Made by a program: the position numbers and the translations under genes. Positions 31,175 to 42,267 of a stretch of DNA of 64,000 nt are shown one piece after another. The notes under the pieces are model-generated. The model made no database searches and was not told where the DNA came from. It saw only the letters and a list, made by a program, of their open reading frames with translations. The first letter of the stretch is position 1, and every line of letters begins with the position of its first letter. The DNA lies in NCBI GenBank assembly GCA_039024555.1, contig JBCCQQ010000002.1, positions 96,001 to 160,000 of the forward strand. Reading direction: 5' to 3'. This DNA comes from Cyanobacteria bacterium P01_D01_bin.156. Its GTDB lineage: Bacteria; Cyanobacteriota; Cyanobacteriia; Phormidesmidales; Phormidesmidaceae.

Positions 31175-32617
31175 ATGGCTAAGTCTCGCTCGATCTATGT
31201 ATGTAATGAATGCGGGGCAGAATCGCGACAATATTTTGGCAAATGCTCTGTTTGCGGTAGCTGGAATTCCTTAGTTGAGCAGGCAGTCGAACCAATAGCT
31301 ACAACCAATCGTCCAGGACGTCGTCCGAGTAAAAATCAACGAGGAGACTCTAAACCCCGTGTAGCAAAAACCTTTAGTCAGATTGCGGATCATCCTCAAG
31401 CTCGCATTGACTCTGGCTATGGTGAACTGGATCGAGTACTGGGTGGGGGTATTGTGCCGGGCTCTCTGGTTTTGGTAGGAGGTGATCCAGGCATTGGCAA
31501 GTCTACTCTTTTGCTACAAACAGCTAACCAGTTGGCCATCCACGCTTCGGTCCTTTATGTCTGTGCAGAAGAATCGGGCCAGCAAGTGAAGCTGAGATCG
31601 CAACGGTTAGGCATCCCTGTCGGCCCAAAAAACACCGAGACGGTGAGCAATACACCTCCTACGGAGAATCTCTACCTCTTACCCGAAACCGACCTTGAAA
31701 CAATTTTGGCCGAACTAGAATCCCTACATCCCCAGGTAGCAGTTATTGACAGTATCCAGGCATTGTTTTATGGCCAGCTAACGTCGGCACCGGGCTCTGT
31801 ATCACAGGTGAGGGAATGTACATCAGCTCTCATGCAGTTAGCCAAACGGGACAATATCACCTTGTTTATTGTGGGCCATGTGACGAAGGAAGGGTCCATT
31901 GCCGGGCCTAAGGTCTTGGAACATTTAGTGGATACGGTTTTGTACTTCGAAGGCGATCGGTTTGCTAGCCATCGACTCCTACGCTCGGTAAAAAACCGGT
32001 TTGGGGCTACCCACGAATTAGGAGTTTTTGAAATGGTTTCCCAGGGTCTAGAAGAAGTTCCTAATCCATCAGCCCTGTTTATGGGTAACCGTGATGAACA
32101 GGTGCCTGGCATTTCAACCATTGTGGCCTGTGAAGGGTCCCGTCCCCTGGTGGTTGAACTACAGTCGTTAGTAAGTCCCACCAGCTATAGTTCACCCCGA
32201 CGATCAGCCACCGGTATTGAATACAACCGACTCTTACAGATTCTGGCGGTGTTGGAAAAACGAGTGGGGATTCCGCTGTCAAAGCTGGATGCCTATGTGG
32301 CGTCATCAGGCGGACTGAGTGTGGGGGAACCGGCAGCAGATTTAGGAATTGCTTTGGCAGTGGCGGCTAGTTTTCGCGATCGCATTGTTGATCCAGAGCT
32401 TGTCCTCATCGGTGAAGTAGGATTAGGCGGTCAGGTGCGTCCCGTTTCCCAAATAGAACTCCGGCTAAAAGAAGCTGCTAAACTCGGCTTCAAACGGGCC
32501 TTGGTTCCGAAAGGTCAAAAAATGCCAGGCTTGCCCATGGAAATTACTGAAGTGGGTCGGGTCGTAGATGCCATTGCAACCGCCCTCGCATTTCAATTTG
32601 ATACAGAAGACGAGTAA
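31175..32617 (+). CDS. radA: DNA repair protein RadA/Sms
   Basis: C4 Zn finger, GGDPGIGKSTL, KNRFG, Lon-like C-terminal domain. Confidence 0.97.
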   Translation: MAKSRSIYVCNECGAESRQYFGKCSVCGSWNSLVEQAVEPIATTNRPGRRPSKNQRGDSKPRVAKTFSQIADHPQARIDSGYGELDRVLGGGIVPGSLVLVGGDPGIGKSTLLLQTANQLAIHASVLYVCAEESGQQVKLRSQRLGIPVGPKNTETVSNTPPTENLYLLPETDLETILAELESLHPQVAVIDSIQALFYGQLTSAPGSVSQVRECTSALMQLAKRDNITLFIVGHVTKEGSIAGPKVLEHLVDTVLYFEGDRFASHRLLRSVKNRFGATHELGVFEMVSQGLEEVPNPSALFMGNRDEQVPGISTIVACEGSRPLVVELQSLVSPTSYSSPRRSATGIEYNRLLQILAVLEKRVGIPLSKLDAYVASSGGLSVGEPAADLGIALAVAASFRDRIVDPELVLIGEVGLGGQVRPVSQIELRLKEAAKLGFKRALVPKGQKMPGLPMEITEVGRVVDAIATALAFQFDTEDE

Positions 32618-32638
32618 GGAATTTGCCCTTCTGACCCC

Positions 32639-34093
32639 ATGACAGCCGTTCTTATAGATTTTTGGCAGCAGCTTAGCCAACTCTTTGACGCCAAACTATT
32701 CGAGTTAGGCAACACCACCATCACCTTAAAACTGCTGGTTAGCCTATCCATTTGGTTCACACTCATTTTTTTCACCATCGGCCTAGTCAAGCGTTTTCTA
32801 AAACGTCATCTTCTAGCCAGTATCGACCCCAACAACCGCGAAGCGATTGCCACACTTGTCAGCTATGCCGTAGGTGTCATCGCCCTTTTGGTAGCGATTC
32901 AATACACCGGCATCAACTTGAGGTCCCTGGGCATTATCTTGGGCGGCTTAGGTGTCGGTATTGGTTTTGGTTTACAGCACATTGCCGATGACTTTATTAG
33001 CGGCCTCATTCTATTGTTCGAGCGCACTCTTAAAGTCAACGATCTGATTGAGCTCGATGACTATCGCTTCCAGGGACTCGTAGGACGCATCGTCGAAGTG
33101 AATCTACGTTCCACCATTATTCGCACCCTTGATGATGGAGATGTCGTTATTCCCAATAGTCAAATCATCAACAATCGTGTCCTCAACTGGAGCCATCGCA
33201 CCTCCGTTGCCCGCCTCAAAATTCCAGTAGGCGTATCCTACGATAGCGATCCTATTTTAGTCACCGAACTCCTACTCAAATCTGCCTACATGGAGCCTAC
33301 CGTCTGCAGCAAACCCATGCCCAAAGCGATGTTTATGGCCTTCGGAGAAGATGCCCTTGAGTTTGAGCTATGGATATGGGTCGATGTGAACAGGCGGTTT
33401 GAAGTCCAAAGCTCCTTGCACTTCAATGTTGAGTACAATTTTCGCCAGCACAACATCGAAATTGCATTTCCCCAGCGGGACGTATGGATTCGTAATTTGC
33501 CACCCCAGGATAACAACAATGAAAATGCACCATTCTTTAATCGACAGCTAGCCTTAAAACATCAACCCACTAACCCGCCACCACCATCCCTCAAGAACAT
33601 GCTCCGTCGAGTTAGCTATTTTGCCAATTTTAGTGATTTAGAAATTCGACAACTGATCGAAATCGGCAGCCGTCAGCACAAGGCAGCAGGCATCATCCTT
33701 TTTCATGAAGGAGAACCTGGAGATTCGTTCTATATCTTGTTGGAAGGCAAAGTTGAAATTCTAGCGGAAAAATTAAATCGTCATTTGGCTATGCTTGAAC
33801 CCGGTCAGTTTTTTGGAGAAGTAGCCTTGCTTTTAGGCGTACCTCGTACTGCAATGGCACGCGTTTCAGAAGATGCCTTGCTGTTTGTTATTAACCAACC
33901 GAGCTTTTCAGACTTACTAAGACGCTACCCTGACCTATCAAATCAAGTTTTGCAGGCTATGGCTCAACATCGAGATGAACTCGCTAAACGCCAGCATGAG
34001 ATGCGGGCCTTAAACCTGGTCGATGCCCTCGAAGATGATGCCAATCCGGTCTTATGGGCAAGAAATCGCCTGAGGCGTATGTTTGATTTATAG
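32639..34093 (+). CDS. MscS-family mechanosensitive channel with C-terminal cyclic-nucleotide-binding domain
   Basis: GVGIGFGLQ, IPNS, EIAFPQRDV; FHEGEPGD, FFGEVALL-PRTA. Confidence 0.9.
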   Translation: MTAVLIDFWQQLSQLFDAKLFELGNTTITLKLLVSLSIWFTLIFFTIGLVKRFLKRHLLASIDPNNREAIATLVSYAVGVIALLVAIQYTGINLRSLGIILGGLGVGIGFGLQHIADDFISGLILLFERTLKVNDLIELDDYRFQGLVGRIVEVNLRSTIIRTLDDGDVVIPNSQIINNRVLNWSHRTSVARLKIPVGVSYDSDPILVTELLLKSAYMEPTVCSKPMPKAMFMAFGEDALEFELWIWVDVNRRFEVQSSLHFNVEYNFRQHNIEIAFPQRDVWIRNLPPQDNNNENAPFFNRQLALKHQPTNPPPPSLKNMLRRVSYFANFSDLEIRQLIEIGSRQHKAAGIILFHEGEPGDSFYILLEGKVEILAEKLNRHLAMLEPGQFFGEVALLLGVPRTAMARVSEDALLFVINQPSFSDLLRRYPDLSNQVLQAMAQHRDELAKRQHEMRALNLVDALEDDANPVLWARNRLRRMFDL

Positions 34094-34094
34094 G

Positions 34095-34595
34095 TTAGCG
34101 ACTGAGTTTCATCTTAGCCCTAACATACCAAGGCCATTGGTGATGTTCTGCAATCAACCACATAACGATACTTGCATGGGCTAGCAGCGTTGCGAATGTC
34201 CAGATCACAGAGAACTGATTCAGACCGCCACTGTCAATGGGGGGGAACATATAGTTAGACAACATCACCAAACCCGCAGGGACACAGGCAATGGCCAGTG
34301 CAAAGCTCCACACAATAGCCGTTAACTTTTCTTCTGCACTGCGATGATGTTTCCAACGAGTCCCAGTCCAAAACCAAACCATTGGCCGAGCCCCATCAAT
34401 CATCTGAATTGACTGGGCATCCAAATTGACGGTAAAAATATGACGACAAAAATTACAAGCAAACGCTTCAGTCAGCGTCAATAACGATAATTCACCATGA
34501 CCACATACTGGACACGCATAAGTGTCGTGGTATTCAAGGGTACGCAGCGTTCTATCACCCGAAATATCGGCAATTATAGGATGCTGGTGACTCAT
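34095..34595 (-). CDS. Hypothetical membrane protein with N-terminal Zn ribbon
   Basis: CPVCGHG...CNFCRH followed by two TM helices. Confidence 0.75.
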   Translation of the reverse strand: MSHQHPIIADISGDRTLRTLEYHDTYACPVCGHGELSLLTLTEAFACNFCRHIFTVNLDAQSIQMIDGARPMVWFWTGTRWKHHRSAEEKLTAIVWSFALAIACVPAGLVMLSNYMFPPIDSGGLNQFSVIWTFATLLAHASIVMWLIAEHHQWPWYVRAKMKLSR

Positions 34596-34816
34596 AGAAA
34601 CAAAGCATTAGGGGATAACTGTTCCCTAACGTAAAAGGTTTCCCAAGAGCCGGAATCGATTACGCTGCTTTTCTTAATATGACAGCGTCAACACGTAATA
34701 CCCCGTAACACAGGAGTAGCAATTAACGAAGTGCATCTACATAAAACAACCCTTAAAGGCACCCGGATTCGTAGAGATTTCTGTAGTTAAACAAAAGCTC
34801 CAGAAAACCAGAAGCG

Positions 34817-35032
34817 TTACTTACATCCCATGGCTTTAAGCTGCAATAGCAAAGCGTCCGCCTCAGCCTGCAAATGCAAAACTTCAACTTGGATATCAGG
34901 CTGATAAGGATACCGTTTTAGCTCAGCCATATAAATAGTTTTATCCCCCGATGCTGGCTGAGTTTCGCGTTTTACAACGCGGCCACCCGGCTCAGATTCA
35001 ACAATAGCTTTGGTCTCAGAAAAAGTTGTCAT
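34817..35032 (-). CDS. Small hypothetical protein
   Basis: 71-aa ORF, helical C-terminus HLQAEADALLLQL, co-oriented with neighbours. Confidence 0.6.
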   Translation of the reverse strand: MTTFSETKAIVESEPGGRVVKRETQPASGDKTIYMAELKRYPYQPDIQVEVLHLQAEADALLLQLKAMGCK

Positions 35033-35340
35033 AACTATGTCGCTAGTAATATTTACTCAGCGCAGCAGCATGGAAATTTTAACCCAAAAGTTCCATGCAT
35101 TACTTCATCAAAATATACCAATATTTAATCTGTCCCTTCATATTTCCTACCCAAAAAGTATGAATCAACCTAAACGGCCATACGTTCAGGCGCTGAAAAT
35201 TCTTCAAAGCGGACATTTTGCAGCAATCAAACACAATCTAAGCGAGGCATTAGACGCAAATACGCGAGTGCACTCAAAGCAGTCAAGAATGGCCGCAGTT
35301 GCCATTAGAGGGACCGCTCAAACCTCGCTACAACCTACAG

Positions 35341-35829
35341 CTAATCAACGGAAAGGTTATCAGTGTCTGTTTTTTTGGTTATGAGGTCAATGGTATCGCC
35401 GAGTGCCGTTGTCAGATTTTGGCGTGTTTCTTCGTGGGCAGCCTGTTCGACCTTGAGCGCGCTAGCAAGTTGGTCGCATTGAATTAAGGATTCTGATAGC
35501 TGCGATCGCAGCTCCTCCAATGAATCCACTTGACTCACTTGAGCCAACACATCTTGTAAATTCTGAGGTGTATTCCCTTTACCGATCGAGGGAGACTGTT
35601 TCAAGAGCTCTAGCTCATTGGCCAAGGCCCGAATCCGTAGCTGACTTTTATCTGAATCATTCCGACGCTGTTCAGCTTCAGCCTCATATAAGCGACGCCA
35701 GTTAGCCGCACTCGCATAGGCCTGATCTCGTTCTTGACCAAGGGTTTGTAACTGCTGCCGTAATGATTGAATCTCTACTAGCCACTGAGATACGTCGTTG
35801 ACCATGGGCACTGTCTGCAACAAGGGCAT
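35341..35829 (-). CDS. Hypothetical coiled-coil protein
   Basis: AYASAANWRRLYEAEAEQRR, HEETRQNLTTALGDTID. Confidence 0.75.
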   Translation of the reverse strand: MPLLQTVPMVNDVSQWLVEIQSLRQQLQTLGQERDQAYASAANWRRLYEAEAEQRRNDSDKSQLRIRALANELELLKQSPSIGKGNTPQNLQDVLAQVSQVDSLEELRSQLSESLIQCDQLASALKVEQAAHEETRQNLTTALGDTIDLITKKTDTDNLSVD

Positions 35830-35974
35830 TTACTTTAGAGTTCAGGATATAGCCTTTTTTCAAAAAGTAAAAATTTGGATATCCCGCACCAGACCAAACA
35901 ATCCGATAAAAAAAGACAGTGCTATGGCACTGCCTTAAAGTATGGGGTTAGAACTGAGAGCAACTCAATTTCAA

Positions 35975-36919
35975 TTAGCCGAGGGCAGCTGCACCACCTA
36001 CAACCTCAAGAATCTCCTGAGTAATTGCCGCCTGACGGGCCTTGTTGTAGTCAAGCGTTAGAGTCTTCACTAGCTCACTGGCGTTATCACTCGCATTATT
36101 CATAGCCGTCATCCGCGCAGCAAGTTCACTAGCAGCTGACTCCTGAAGAGCACGCAAGATTTGGTTGTTAAGATACAGAGGCAATAGAGCATCCAAAATT
36201 TGAACAGGATCCTGCTCAAAAATCATGTCTTGGGGTAACTGCTTCTGCTCAGTCTCAACAGCATTTCTCTCCACTTGGAAATGGCCACCACGGCTAGTTA
36301 AACGGAAAACTTCATCTTCCTTATCTAAACCTTCAGGGTCCAAAGGTAGGAGAGTCTGAGTCACTGGACGAGAACTCACCAAAGAAAGGAACTTAGTAAA
36401 GATTAGCTCTACCCGATCCACCTCTTCCGACAAGAACAGGGATAGGGCTTGATCCGCAATCTTAGATGCCTCTTCTGCAGTAGGAATTTGCTCCAAGCTA
36501 TCAAACGTAGAGTCGATAGGATAATCACGATTCTGAAAATACTGAATCGCTTTACGACCAATTAACACCATTTGATAACCGATGCCCGCAGCCTTTAGCT
36601 CCTTAGCACGGTTCTCAGCACGGCGAATAATGTTGGCATTGTAGCCACCACATAAGCCGCGATCAGCAGAAATAACCACTAAACCCACATTCTTTACTTC
36701 ACGCTGCTGAAGCAAAGGCAGGTTTGCATCTTCAAACTTAAGACGAGTCTGAAGACCGTAAAATACCTGAGCTAATCGATCTGCAAACGGGCGAGTAGCT
36801 TCTACCTGCTCCTGGGCGCGACGGACCTTAGCCGCTGCCACCAGACGCATTGCTTCGGTAATCTTACGAGTATTTTTGACCGACTTAATGCGGTCACGAA
36901 TTAATTTGAGATTAGGCAT
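35975..36919 (-). CDS. atpG: ATP synthase F1 gamma subunit (cyanobacterial atpC)
   Basis: [31 protein letters not shown]. Confidence 0.98.
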   Translation of the reverse strand: MPNLKLIRDRIKSVKNTRKITEAMRLVAAAKVRRAQEQVEATRPFADRLAQVFYGLQTRLKFEDANLPLLQQREVKNVGLVVISADRGLCGGYNANIIRRAENRAKELKAAGIGYQMVLIGRKAIQYFQNRDYPIDSTFDSLEQIPTAEEASKIADQALSLFLSEEVDRVELIFTKFLSLVSSRPVTQTLLPLDPEGLDKEDEVFRLTSRGGHFQVERNAVETEQKQLPQDMIFEQDPVQILDALLPLYLNNQILRALQESAASELAARMTAMNNASDNASELVKTLTLDYNKARQAAITQEILEVVGGAAALG

Positions 36920-36932
36920 ATGCGTTTTTCAA

Positions 36933-36975
36933 GCCCAATCGTTCAGGAAACAATATTGTTCCTGAACGATTGGGC
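36933..36975. other. Near-perfect palindrome between atpA and the gamma gene (mRNA processing/stability hairpin)
   Basis: gcccaatcgttcaggaa-acaatattg-ttcctgaacgattgggc. Confidence 0.6.
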
Positions 36976-36986
36976 CAGTCTCCCTC

Positions 36987-38501
36987 CTATGCGGCCATGA
37001 AGGACTGCTTGCATTCAGCAATCGCTTCGCCAGCCAGTTCCTTAACCTTGTCAGTGAGCTTCTTACCTTCGTTGATTTCCTTAACCAACTCGGGCTTGCT
37101 GGTGTTGATGTAGTTACAAAGCTCTACCACCAGAGGAGCGACCTTATTAACGGGTACGTCATCAAACAAGCCGTTGATACCGCCGTATACGATAGTTACC
37201 TGCTCATGCAAAGCACGAGGAGAATATTGAGACTGCTTAAGCAGTTCTCGCAATCTGACACCACGCGCTAGCTGTGCTTGAGTGGCAGCATCCAGGTCAG
37301 AGGCAAACTGAGCAAATGCCTGCAGTTCGTCAAACTGAGCCAGTTCCAGCTTCAGCTTACCGGCAACCTTCTTCATTACTTTGGTTTGAGCTGCACCACC
37401 TACACGGGATACAGAAATACCAGCGTTGATGGCAGGACGCAGACCCGAGTTAAACAAGTCAGAAGACAAGAAAATCTGACCGTCGGTAATGGAAATTACG
37501 TTAGTAGGAATATACGCGGAAACGTCACCTGCCTGAGTTTCAATGATTGGCAATGCAGTCATACTACCTTCACCCAACTCAGGGCTTAGCTTAGCTGCAC
37601 GCTCTAGCAGACGAGAGTGAATGAAGAATACGTCTCCAGGATATGCTTCACGACCGGGTGGACGACGCAGCAGCAAGGACATTTGCCGATAAGCCTGAGC
37701 TTGCTTGGACAGGTCATCATAGATTACTAATGTCGCCTTGCCCTGGTACATAAAGTACTCAGCAATGGATGCACCAGTGTAGGGAGCCAAGAACTGTAGG
37801 GGGGCAGGCTCGTTAGCGTTAGCGGCTACCACTACAGTGTAATCAAGGGCACCACGCTCTTCAAGAACGCTGACCACCTGAGCTACAGAAGCTGCTTTCT
37901 GACCAACGGCAACATAAACGCAAATAACGTCTTGATCAGCCTGGTTCAAAATGGTGTCAATTGCGATCGCAGTTTTACCAGTTTGACGGTCACCAATAAT
38001 CAGCTCGCGCTGACCACGACCAACGGGAATCATCGCATCAATTGCAGTAATACCAGTCTGCATAGGCTCATACACAGACTTACGCTCAATGATGCCAGGT
38101 GCAGGTGCTTCCAGAAGACGACTAGTAGTAGTCGCAATGTCACCCTTGCCATCTATAGGCCGAGCAAGCGCATCAACCACGCGGCCAAGCATAGCGTCAC
38201 CCACGGGCACTTCAGCAATCTTGCCAGTAGACTTCACAGAACTACCTTCTTTCAGCTTGCGACCATCACCCATAAGTACCGCACCCACATTATCCTCTTC
38301 AAGGTTGAGGGCGATGCCGATGGTGCCATCTTCAAATTCAAGCAGCTCACTAGCCATTGCTTGTTCCAAACCGTAGATGCGAGCAATCCCGTCACCTACT
38401 TGCAGCACAGTACCCACGTTGGATACCTTGACATCCTGGTCATACTGCTCAATCTGCTGCTTAATAATGCTACTGATTTCGTCAGGTCTGATGCTTACCA
38501 T
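36987..38501 (-). CDS. atpA: ATP synthase F1 alpha subunit
   Basis: [22 protein letters not shown]. Confidence 0.99.
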   Translation of the reverse strand: MVSIRPDEISSIIKQQIEQYDQDVKVSNVGTVLQVGDGIARIYGLEQAMASELLEFEDGTIGIALNLEEDNVGAVLMGDGRKLKEGSSVKSTGKIAEVPVGDAMLGRVVDALARPIDGKGDIATTTSRLLEAPAPGIIERKSVYEPMQTGITAIDAMIPVGRGQRELIIGDRQTGKTAIAIDTILNQADQDVICVYVAVGQKAASVAQVVSVLEERGALDYTVVVAANANEPAPLQFLAPYTGASIAEYFMYQGKATLVIYDDLSKQAQAYRQMSLLLRRPPGREAYPGDVFFIHSRLLERAAKLSPELGEGSMTALPIIETQAGDVSAYIPTNVISITDGQIFLSSDLFNSGLRPAINAGISVSRVGGAAQTKVMKKVAGKLKLELAQFDELQAFAQFASDLDAATQAQLARGVRLRELLKQSQYSPRALHEQVTIVYGGINGLFDDVPVNKVAPLVVELCNYINTSKPELVKEINEGKKLTDKVKELAGEAIAECKQSFMAA

Positions 38502-38629
38502 TGGAGTTGCTCTATTAACTCAGATATCAACAAAAAATCAATTAATCAAAATAGCCAAATTAAAGACGTAGCTTCAAACTTGACTGCGACGGAGACACTC
38601 CCCATACAAGGACACCCCATAGCGATTCA

Positions 38630-39184
38630 CTAGGCGAGGCCCAGCTGCATACCAATCCGCCGTAACTGTCCACGCAAACTGGCATCAACCACCTGTGAAC
38701 CAACTTTGATGATGACACCGCCCAAGAGGCTATCATCCAGACTGGTACTCAGCTCAACAGCCTTGGCACCGGTCATGGCAATCACCCTCTGACATACCGA
38801 ATCTCTTTGAGAATCAGACAGTTGTACAGCGGATACAACCTCAGCTAAAACAGTCTGATTGACATCTCTAACCAAAGACCGATATTGCTCCAAAATTGGC
38901 GACATCAAAGAAGCACGACCGCGATCTACAAGCAGTTGGAGGAAATTGAGGAAGTTGGCGTTAGCAGACTCGCCCAAAACTCGCTTGATAGTGCCCTTCT
39001 TGGCATCAGGAGAAACAATCGGACTAGCTAAAAAATCAACTAGCTCTTGAGACTCCTCTAACAAACCCATCAGTCCCTGAGCAAGGGAATTCACCTCATC
39101 GGTTGTGCCACTATCCTGGGTCAGAGACAAAAGCGCACGAGCATAGGGCTCAGCAATTTCGCTAGTAACAATTTTAGAATTCAT
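38630..39184 (-). CDS. atpH: ATP synthase F1 delta subunit (cyanobacterial atpD)
   Basis: AEPYARAL, LLGGVIIKVGSQVVDASLRGQL; operon position. Confidence 0.95.
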   Translation of the reverse strand: MNSKIVTSEIAEPYARALLSLTQDSGTTDEVNSLAQGLMGLLEESQELVDFLASPIVSPDAKKGTIKRVLGESANANFLNFLQLLVDRGRASLMSPILEQYRSLVRDVNQTVLAEVVSAVQLSDSQRDSVCQRVIAMTGAKAVELSTSLDDSLLGGVIIKVGSQVVDASLRGQLRRIGMQLGLA

Positions 39185-39714
39185 GACTTACCTCCAAGCA
39201 GGGCAATACTTTGGTCGACCAACTTAGATTGCACATCCCCAGTCAATGCACCAGGTAAATTCGCTTCCACGCGGTCCAAAGCCATGGATGCAACACGCTG
39301 TTTGAGCTCGCGCAAAACTCGCTCCTGCTGGGTAGACAAGTCCTGCTGTGCAGATGCCTTCATCCGCTCAACATCTTTGTCGGCTTGGGCCAAAACAGCA
39401 ACACGTACTCTTTCGGCATTGTCACGGGCTTCCGCTTTAATACGCTCGCCCTCAGCCTGAGCTTCCTGCAACTGCTTTTGCTGCTCTGCCAAACCCAAGG
39501 CAGCCTTCTTCTGACGAGACTCAGCGTCCTTTATAGCAGTCTCAATTGAATTACGTCGCTCTGACAAGATTTTGCCAAAAAAGCTACCGCCAAAGTAAAC
39601 GAGTACGCCAATAATAATGACGAGATTAATTATGTTTGTCTCCAGAATGTCAAGGTTGAGACCAAAACCACCTTCTTCTGAAGCAAGCAACCAAATTGTC
39701 TCCATATGCTCCAT
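39181..39714 (-). CDS. atpF: ATP synthase Fo subunit b (start at 39714 or 39705)
   Basis: FGLNLDILETNIINL, TM plus coiled coil. Confidence 0.95.
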   Translation of the reverse strand: MEHMETIWLLASEEGGFGLNLDILETNIINLVIIIGVLVYFGGSFFGKILSERRNSIETAIKDAESRQKKAALGLAEQQKQLQEAQAEGERIKAEARDNAERVRVAVLAQADKDVERMKASAQQDLSTQQERVLRELKQRVASMALDRVEANLPGALTGDVQSKLVDQSIALLGGKS

Positions 39715-39800
39715 CCCACACTGCGCTTGGCAACCGGTCAACCACCAGCAGCACTTATAACTCATGAACCAGAGCGTACATAGGCACGCTCATTCACCCC

Positions 39801-40286
39801 CTATGCAGCGGCCCCTAAAAGCTTGCTCATAATCTGCTGACTCAAGGTGTCAACCTGCTGCTCTAAAGCAGTTAAGGCTGACTGCTTCTGAGCATCAAGC
39901 TCTTTCTGAACAGCCTCACGCTTCGCCTGAGCCTCTTGCTGAGCAGATGCCACTGTCTGAGCACCTATTTTTTGAGCCTCAGTCTGAGCCTCTTCAACAA
40001 TTTGCTTTGCCTCTAACCTTGCACTTGCAAGGGCTTGCTCGTACTCGTCCGCTAGCTTCTTAGCTTTAACAAGACGCTCTTCAGCATCAGCAATAGTAGA
40101 ACGGACATAGCCATCACGCTCATCAATCGCCTTACCAAGAGGCTTGTAAAAAACAGCATTTAAAACAATAGCCAGCAATACAAACTGTATGGCCATCAGA
40201 GGCAACGTTGCATCCAGGTCAAATAGACCGCCAGCTTCTTCAGCTGCAGCTTCGACAGCAAACAGCACTACACCAGTTATCATCAC
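39801..40286 (-). CDS. atpF2: ATP synthase Fo subunit b' (cyanobacterial atpG)
   Basis: [22 protein letters not shown]. Confidence 0.95.
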   Translation of the reverse strand: MMITGVVLFAVEAAAEEAGGLFDLDATLPLMAIQFVLLAIVLNAVFYKPLGKAIDERDGYVRSTIADAEERLVKAKKLADEYEQALASARLEAKQIVEEAQTEAQKIGAQTVASAQQEAQAKREAVQKELDAQKQSALTALEQQVDTLSQQIMSKLLGAAA

Positions 40287-40473
40287 GTTCTATGCTCAAA
40301 TGTTCCGGGACTGCTACACGAAAAAAGATGCCACCCTGAAAATCAGACTTCAAAGAAGATTTTTCAAACATCCAAACAGAAAAATGTGAAAAACCTTGGA
40401 GAAGCCGATAAACGAAAGTGACAAGATGCAAGGGAGACGCTTGCAAAAAGTATCTCCCTCACCTCAAAGTCCC

Positions 40474-40791
<318 letters not shown>

Positions 40792-40883
40792 TCAGAACCG
40801 TCAGAAGCTAGTTCAGTCTCCTAGCCCTAACCAAGCAGGAGATGACCCAACGTCAAATCCCAACTGAATAGCCTCCTAGAAGA

Positions 40884-41630
40884 CTATCCATGCTCTTCTC
40901 CACCATGCCCCTCGATGGCCTCACCAATGTAGGCAGCCGCCAAGGTAGCAAAAATCAATGCTTGAATCGCACTCGTAAACAACCCCAACAGCATGACTGG
41001 GAGGGGAACGAACAAAGGCACTAACAAAACAAGCACCGCCACAACAAGTTCATCCGCCAAGATATTTCCAAATAGACGAAAACTTAGCGAAAGGGGCTTG
41101 GTGAAATCTTCAAGAACGTTGATCGGCAGCAGAATCGGAGTAGGCTCAATATACTTCGCGAAATAGCCCAATCCTCTCTCCTTAAAGCCTGCATAAAAAT
41201 AGGCTAAAGAAGTCAGCAACGCCAATGCAACGGTCGTATTAATATCGTTTGTTGGAGCAGCTAATTCACTGGCTGGAATGTGCAACAACTTCCAGGGCAT
41301 CAATGCCCCTGACCAGTTAGAAACGAAGATGAATAAAAACAGCGTTCCCACAAAAGGAACCCAGGGCCGATATTCCTTCTCTCCAATTTGGTCCTTTGCG
41401 AGGTCTCGAATAAATTCAAGGGCATACTCCATAAGGTTTTGTAACCCAGAAGGAATACGTTGAACCTTGCTAGAGGCTAATGCTGAAACCAAAATCAATA
41501 TAGCCGCAACAAACCAAGTAGTAAGAAATACTTGACCGTGGACCTTAATACCACCAAAGTGCCAGTACCAATGCTGACCAACTTCCAGCTCGGCCAGTAG
41601 TGAAAATGGAAAATTAAATGCGTTTAACAT
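40884..41630 (-). CDS. atpB: ATP synthase Fo subunit a (cyanobacterial atpI)
   Basis: [28 protein letters not shown]. Confidence 0.98.
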   Translation of the reverse strand: MLNAFNFPFSLLAELEVGQHWYWHFGGIKVHGQVFLTTWFVAAILILVSALASSKVQRIPSGLQNLMEYALEFIRDLAKDQIGEKEYRPWVPFVGTLFLFIFVSNWSGALMPWKLLHIPASELAAPTNDINTTVALALLTSLAYFYAGFKERGLGYFAKYIEPTPILLPINVLEDFTKPLSLSFRLFGNILADELVVAVLVLLVPLFVPLPVMLLGLFTSAIQALIFATLAAAYIGEAIEGHGGEEHG

Positions 41631-41687
41631 CTCCGTCCAGAATCTTAATTTTTTTCGCAGATGCTCACAGAAATACTGAAATTGCCC

Positions 41688-42140
41688 TTATCCTTTGATC
41701 ATCGATTCAGGTAGAACTGATGTCCAAAGGGTGTAAGCAATTAGTGCAGCCTTATAGGTTAGGAAGCCTAGAAAAACCGGCATAATCTCTAACTGTTGGT
41801 ACTGAGTTGCAAATACAATCAGCCCCATAAATACAGCCAGTCGACCACTACCCAGCTTGGTACGCTCGCGCCCTATTTTGGCAACGCTTTTCGCCAGCAT
41901 TCTTAAGTAAACCACACCGACGCACGCTCCTAGCAAATAATTCAGAGCAATGTGTCTGGAGTAAGCAAGCCAAACAGAGATGAAGATGAAAGCAGTAAAC
42001 CCTAACGTTGTCATCAACAAATTTTGTTGAAGTCTAAAATACTCACCCATTGCCTGATCGGAGGCTGGGGGTAGCTCTATAGGTTCATCTACCAGCTCAT
42101 CATTAGGTTGGGCCTCAGAGGCTTCCTCAGACGAAGTCAC
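41688..42140 (-). CDS. atpI: ATP synthase protein I (Atp1); GTG start at 42140 assumed
   Basis: NYLLGACVGVVYLRMLA, FLGFLTYKAA; first gene of the atp operon. Confidence 0.88.
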   Translation of the reverse strand: MTSSEEASEAQPNDELVDEPIELPPASDQAMGEYFRLQQNLLMTTLGFTAFIFISVWLAYSRHIALNYLLGACVGVVYLRMLAKSVAKIGRERTKLGSGRLAVFMGLIVFATQYQQLEIMPVFLGFLTYKAALIAYTLWTSVLPESMIKG

Positions 42141-42267
42141 AAGAATCTTAAAATGTAGAAGCCATATCTTGGGCCGTGACCTAACTACATGTAGCGTCAA
42201 GGCTCAAGACATGGCCAATCATATCACGGCATTAATACCTATTGGTGAGCTTTAGCGCGAACAGTCA

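Noticed and set aside
37932..38633. 233-aa + strand ORF opposite atpA (and similar shadows over pyk, plsX and the giant acidic gene)
   Set aside because: Antisense open frames caused by codon bias of conserved or low-complexity genes; no recognisable motifs.
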